This document shows, piece after piece, positions 34,770 to 37,012 of a DNA stretch of 37,012 nucleotides. Location: positions 1 to 37,012 of IMG/VR virus record IMGVR_UViG_3300044266_000304. One strand, given 5' to 3'. A program made the translations under genes and the position numbers. Within the stretch, counting starts at the first letter, position 1; every line of letters begins with the position of its first letter. This stretch comes from a virus. Its lineage: Duplodnaviria > Caudoviricetes. Below the pieces are notes generated by a model. That model had not been told where the DNA came from, made no database searches, and was given only the letters and a program-made list of their open reading frames with translations.

Positions 34770-35528
34770 TTAACCTATTACAAATGTAAGAGGCTGTCCG
34801 CCATCTTTATAGTTTACTAAATCTGATTCTAATGTTTCTATTTCAGCCTTGCCTTCGCCTTTTAAGGCCTGGCCATTTAGACTGGTGCTTCCTTGTGGAC
34901 TTGCAATACTGTTAAATTTTTCTCGTGCCTCACCTAGCATTATCTTACAGGTAGCTAATGTGTAATCTCGGAGCCACTGTCCGCATTGAGGATCTTGTAG
35001 AAGATTAAAGTCGGGACGATAGTTATGCAACCATAGTAAGAGTTCTTCTTCTGCTCTAGGGCGTTGCATGATTGTAAGAACCTTAGTGGTCTTGTTAAAA
35101 GTAAAGTTAATGTCGCTACCAAACATTTTGCCGACCTGCTTTTGATAGCTAGCAAAGGCATAATAAGTAGCTAAGCCGCCCATGTTTGTGCTGGCCAACA
35201 AGTAGGTGTTAGAATAGGCTAGGTTAAATGGTTCAAACAGCGTACCACCTTCGCCGCCACCTGATCTACTGCCTATACTACGACGGAACAATTGACGCAC
35301 ATTCATAACTTCTTTAGGAAGTACGTATTCGTTGATGTCTGTCTGTATTGTTAAAAACCCAAAACTTTCTTCTACGCTATTGCTACTGCGCTGTCTAAAC
35401 TTGTTTAGGGCACGATCTATAGCAGTATTATAGTGTACAGGGTCGAGTTCAACATCGATCATACCAGAACCAAGCATAGTCTGGCAGTATTCGATAACTT
35501 TTTGGCGTTCTTGTTCGTTCTCAGTCAT
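34770..35528 (-). CDS. 13: Neck protein (gp13-like)
   Basis: Start revised to MTENEQ. LG..MIDVEL, WLRDY.LA..K..LG..R.KF, LNG..L..EG..EI..LE. Confidence 0.85.
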   Translation of the reverse strand: MTENEQERQKVIEYCQTMLGSGMIDVELDPVHYNTAIDRALNKFRQRSSNSVEESFGFLTIQTDINEYVLPKEVMNVRQLFRRSIGSRSGGGEGGTLFEPFNLAYSNTYLLASTNMGGLATYYAFASYQKQVGKMFGSDINFTFNKTTKVLTIMQRPRAEEELLLWLHNYRPDFNLLQDPQCGQWLRDYTLATCKIMLGEAREKFNSIASPQGSTSLNGQALKGEGKAEIETLESDLVNYKDGGQPLTFVIG

Positions 35529-35533
35529 ATCGA

Positions 35534-35549
35534 TATTTAGCAATAAATA
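35534..35549. promoter_or_regulatory. Abutting back-to-back late promoters
   Basis: GCTAAATA on minus (35534-35541) is 5 nt before ATG 35528. AATAAATA on plus (35542-35549) is 7 nt before ATG 35557. Confidence 0.75.
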
Positions 35550-35556
35550 CAAGACT

Positions 35557-36771
35557 ATGCCACGCTTATCACTTTACCGTCCTGAAAAGGGCAACGATTT
35601 TAGGTTTCTAGACCGTACAATAAACGAACAGTTTCAGGTCGGCGGAACTGATATTTTTATTCACAAATATGCTGGAACAGTTGCGCCCGCTGATGGTGAA
35701 AGTACTCCTACAACACCCAACAATTCAACAAATTCTATACCAGAACTAGGTATACAAGATGTATTATTCATGGAAAACCGTGATAGAATTTACGAGCCCG
35801 ATGTCTATGTACTAAGAGGCATATATCAAATGCAAGACTTAGATTTTAATTTAAGTCAATTTGGACTATTCTTAAGTAATGATAACATCATGTTACACTT
35901 TCATTTAAGAGGATGTGTAGATACAATTGGTCGTAAAATTATGCCAGGTGATGTTTTTGAACTACCTCATTTAAAAGACGAATATGCACTCGACGATAGT
36001 ATAGTAGCACTAAAAAGATTTTATGTAGTAACTGATGTAAGCCGCCCTACTAATGGATTCAGTCAAACTTGGTATCCTCACCTATTAAGGGCCAAATGTC
36101 AACCGTTGGTAGATAGTCAAGAATTTAAACAAATACTCGATGCAGATAGCGGAGCAGGTGACGGTAGTACTCTGCGTGATATGTTGTCAACATATAAGAA
36201 AAGTATTGATATTAATAATCAAATTATTGAACAGGCAAATCAGGATGCTCCTTTAAGCGGCTACGATGAAACACACCTTTATGTAATACCTACAGACAAA
36301 GTAGGCCTAGTAGATTATGCTGCGGCCAGCGACGACCTAACGGATATCAGTGCAGATATAGATGCTAAAATGGATGCAACATTTGTACTAAACACCCCTA
36401 GCAAAAATATGTATGTAGGCATTGATAGCGGCAACGGAACACCTCCTAACGGAATGAAGTTTGGTAGTGGCATTGCATTTCCTAGCAATCCTGTTAAGGG
36501 ACAATTTTATCTAAGAACAGATTATCTACCTAACGCATTGTTTAGATATGATAGTAAGCGATGGGTTATGTACGAACAGGGTGTACGCATGACCATGAAC
36601 GAATTTGGACAACAAGATGTAGCAACAGGCACAGCATTTACAGGTGATGCTGTAAGGCAAACACAAAAGGCTGGGTTTGTAAACAATGCAACAACATCAA
36701 CAATTGGCGGTAAGGTTGTTACAGAACGCCAAGCACTTAGTAAGGCGCTAAAACCAAGGGCAGATAATTAA
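35557..36771 (+). CDS. Neck/head-closure protein (gp14-like) with C-terminal extension
   Basis: D.LFMEN, LSQFGL and GDVFELPH. Lies between the gp13- and gp15-like genes. Confidence 0.7.
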   Translation: MPRLSLYRPEKGNDFRFLDRTINEQFQVGGTDIFIHKYAGTVAPADGESTPTTPNNSTNSIPELGIQDVLFMENRDRIYEPDVYVLRGIYQMQDLDFNLSQFGLFLSNDNIMLHFHLRGCVDTIGRKIMPGDVFELPHLKDEYALDDSIVALKRFYVVTDVSRPTNGFSQTWYPHLLRAKCQPLVDSQEFKQILDADSGAGDGSTLRDMLSTYKKSIDINNQIIEQANQDAPLSGYDETHLYVIPTDKVGLVDYAAASDDLTDISADIDAKMDATFVLNTPSKNMYVGIDSGNGTPPNGMKFGSGIAFPSNPVKGQFYLRTDYLPNALFRYDSKRWVMYEQGVRMTMNEFGQQDVATGTAFTGDAVRQTQKAGFVNNATTSTIGGKVVTERQALSKALKPRADN

Positions 36772-37012
36772 TGGACTATTTTTACGACGGTCAAATACGA
36801 CGATACCTAACACAGTTCATGCGTGTAATGAGTAACTTTAGTTACAAAGATGGTGGCGGACGAATTACTCAGGTTCCTGTTATGTACGGAGACCCTAATC
36901 GCCAAGCATCGGCTATTCTTAAAAAGAACAGCGAGAACACAGTACCTAGCGCACCGTTTATAGCCTGCTATATTAAGGCACTTGACTACGAGCAAGCCAG
37001 ACTACAAGACCC
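36771..37012 (+). CDS. Tail terminator / sheath stabilizer (gp15-like), truncated at window end (not in the ORF track)
   Basis: ATG overlaps the upstream TAA. MDYFYDGQIRRYLTQFMRVMSNF...VPVMYG matches the gp15 N-terminal pattern, and the frame stays open to the end. Confidence 0.75.
   Translation, partial: MDYFYDGQIRRYLTQFMRVMSNFSYKDGGGRITQVPVMYGDPNRQASAILKKNSENTVPSAPFIACYIKALDYEQARLQD

Noticed and set aside
220-36995. Many 60-160 aa shadow ORFs antisense to or nested in long genes (e.g. 16849-17340, 20923-21318, 14039-14416, 36807-36995)
   Set aside because: They lie within well-supported genes, lack motifs and initiation signals, and are expected by-products of codon bias.
1-37012. tRNA, rRNA, CRISPR array or alternative genetic code
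   Set aside because: No intergenic space or cloverleaf/repeat-spacer pattern was seen by eye, and core genes are full length in the standard code. A tRNAscan/Infernal run would be needed to exclude small RNAs formally.

Overview
A 37 kb piece of a large T4-like (contractile-tailed) phage genome, densely coded and mostly on the minus strand. Read right to left it has a virion block: gp15 (partial), gp14 and gp13 neck proteins, dNMP kinase, tail sheath, tail tube, a tube-like baseplate protein, gp4 head completion, and small and large terminase flanked by probable internal head proteins. Next is a replication/recombination block: gp32, UvsX, UvsY, UvsW, gp62-like, primase and helicase. Accessory genes are interleaved: a split HldE/HldD ADP-heptose-type module with a cupin; a 192-aa minimal DnaE-like polymerase core; a B12 radical SAM / Bug(TctC) / 2OG-Fe(II) oxygenase cassette; a second oxygenase; a SAM methyltransferase; YqgE/AlgH; a Pol-beta-type nucleotidyltransferase with a HAD nucleotidase; and a 157-aa malonyl-CoA-decarboxylase-like protein. 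T4-type late promoter boxes (TAAATA) repeatedly sit only 5-8 nt before start codons, often as back-to-back pairs, which implies widespread leaderless mRNAs. I saw no tRNA, rRNA, CRISPR array, intron or intein. All product calls come from motif recognition by eye, not database searches.
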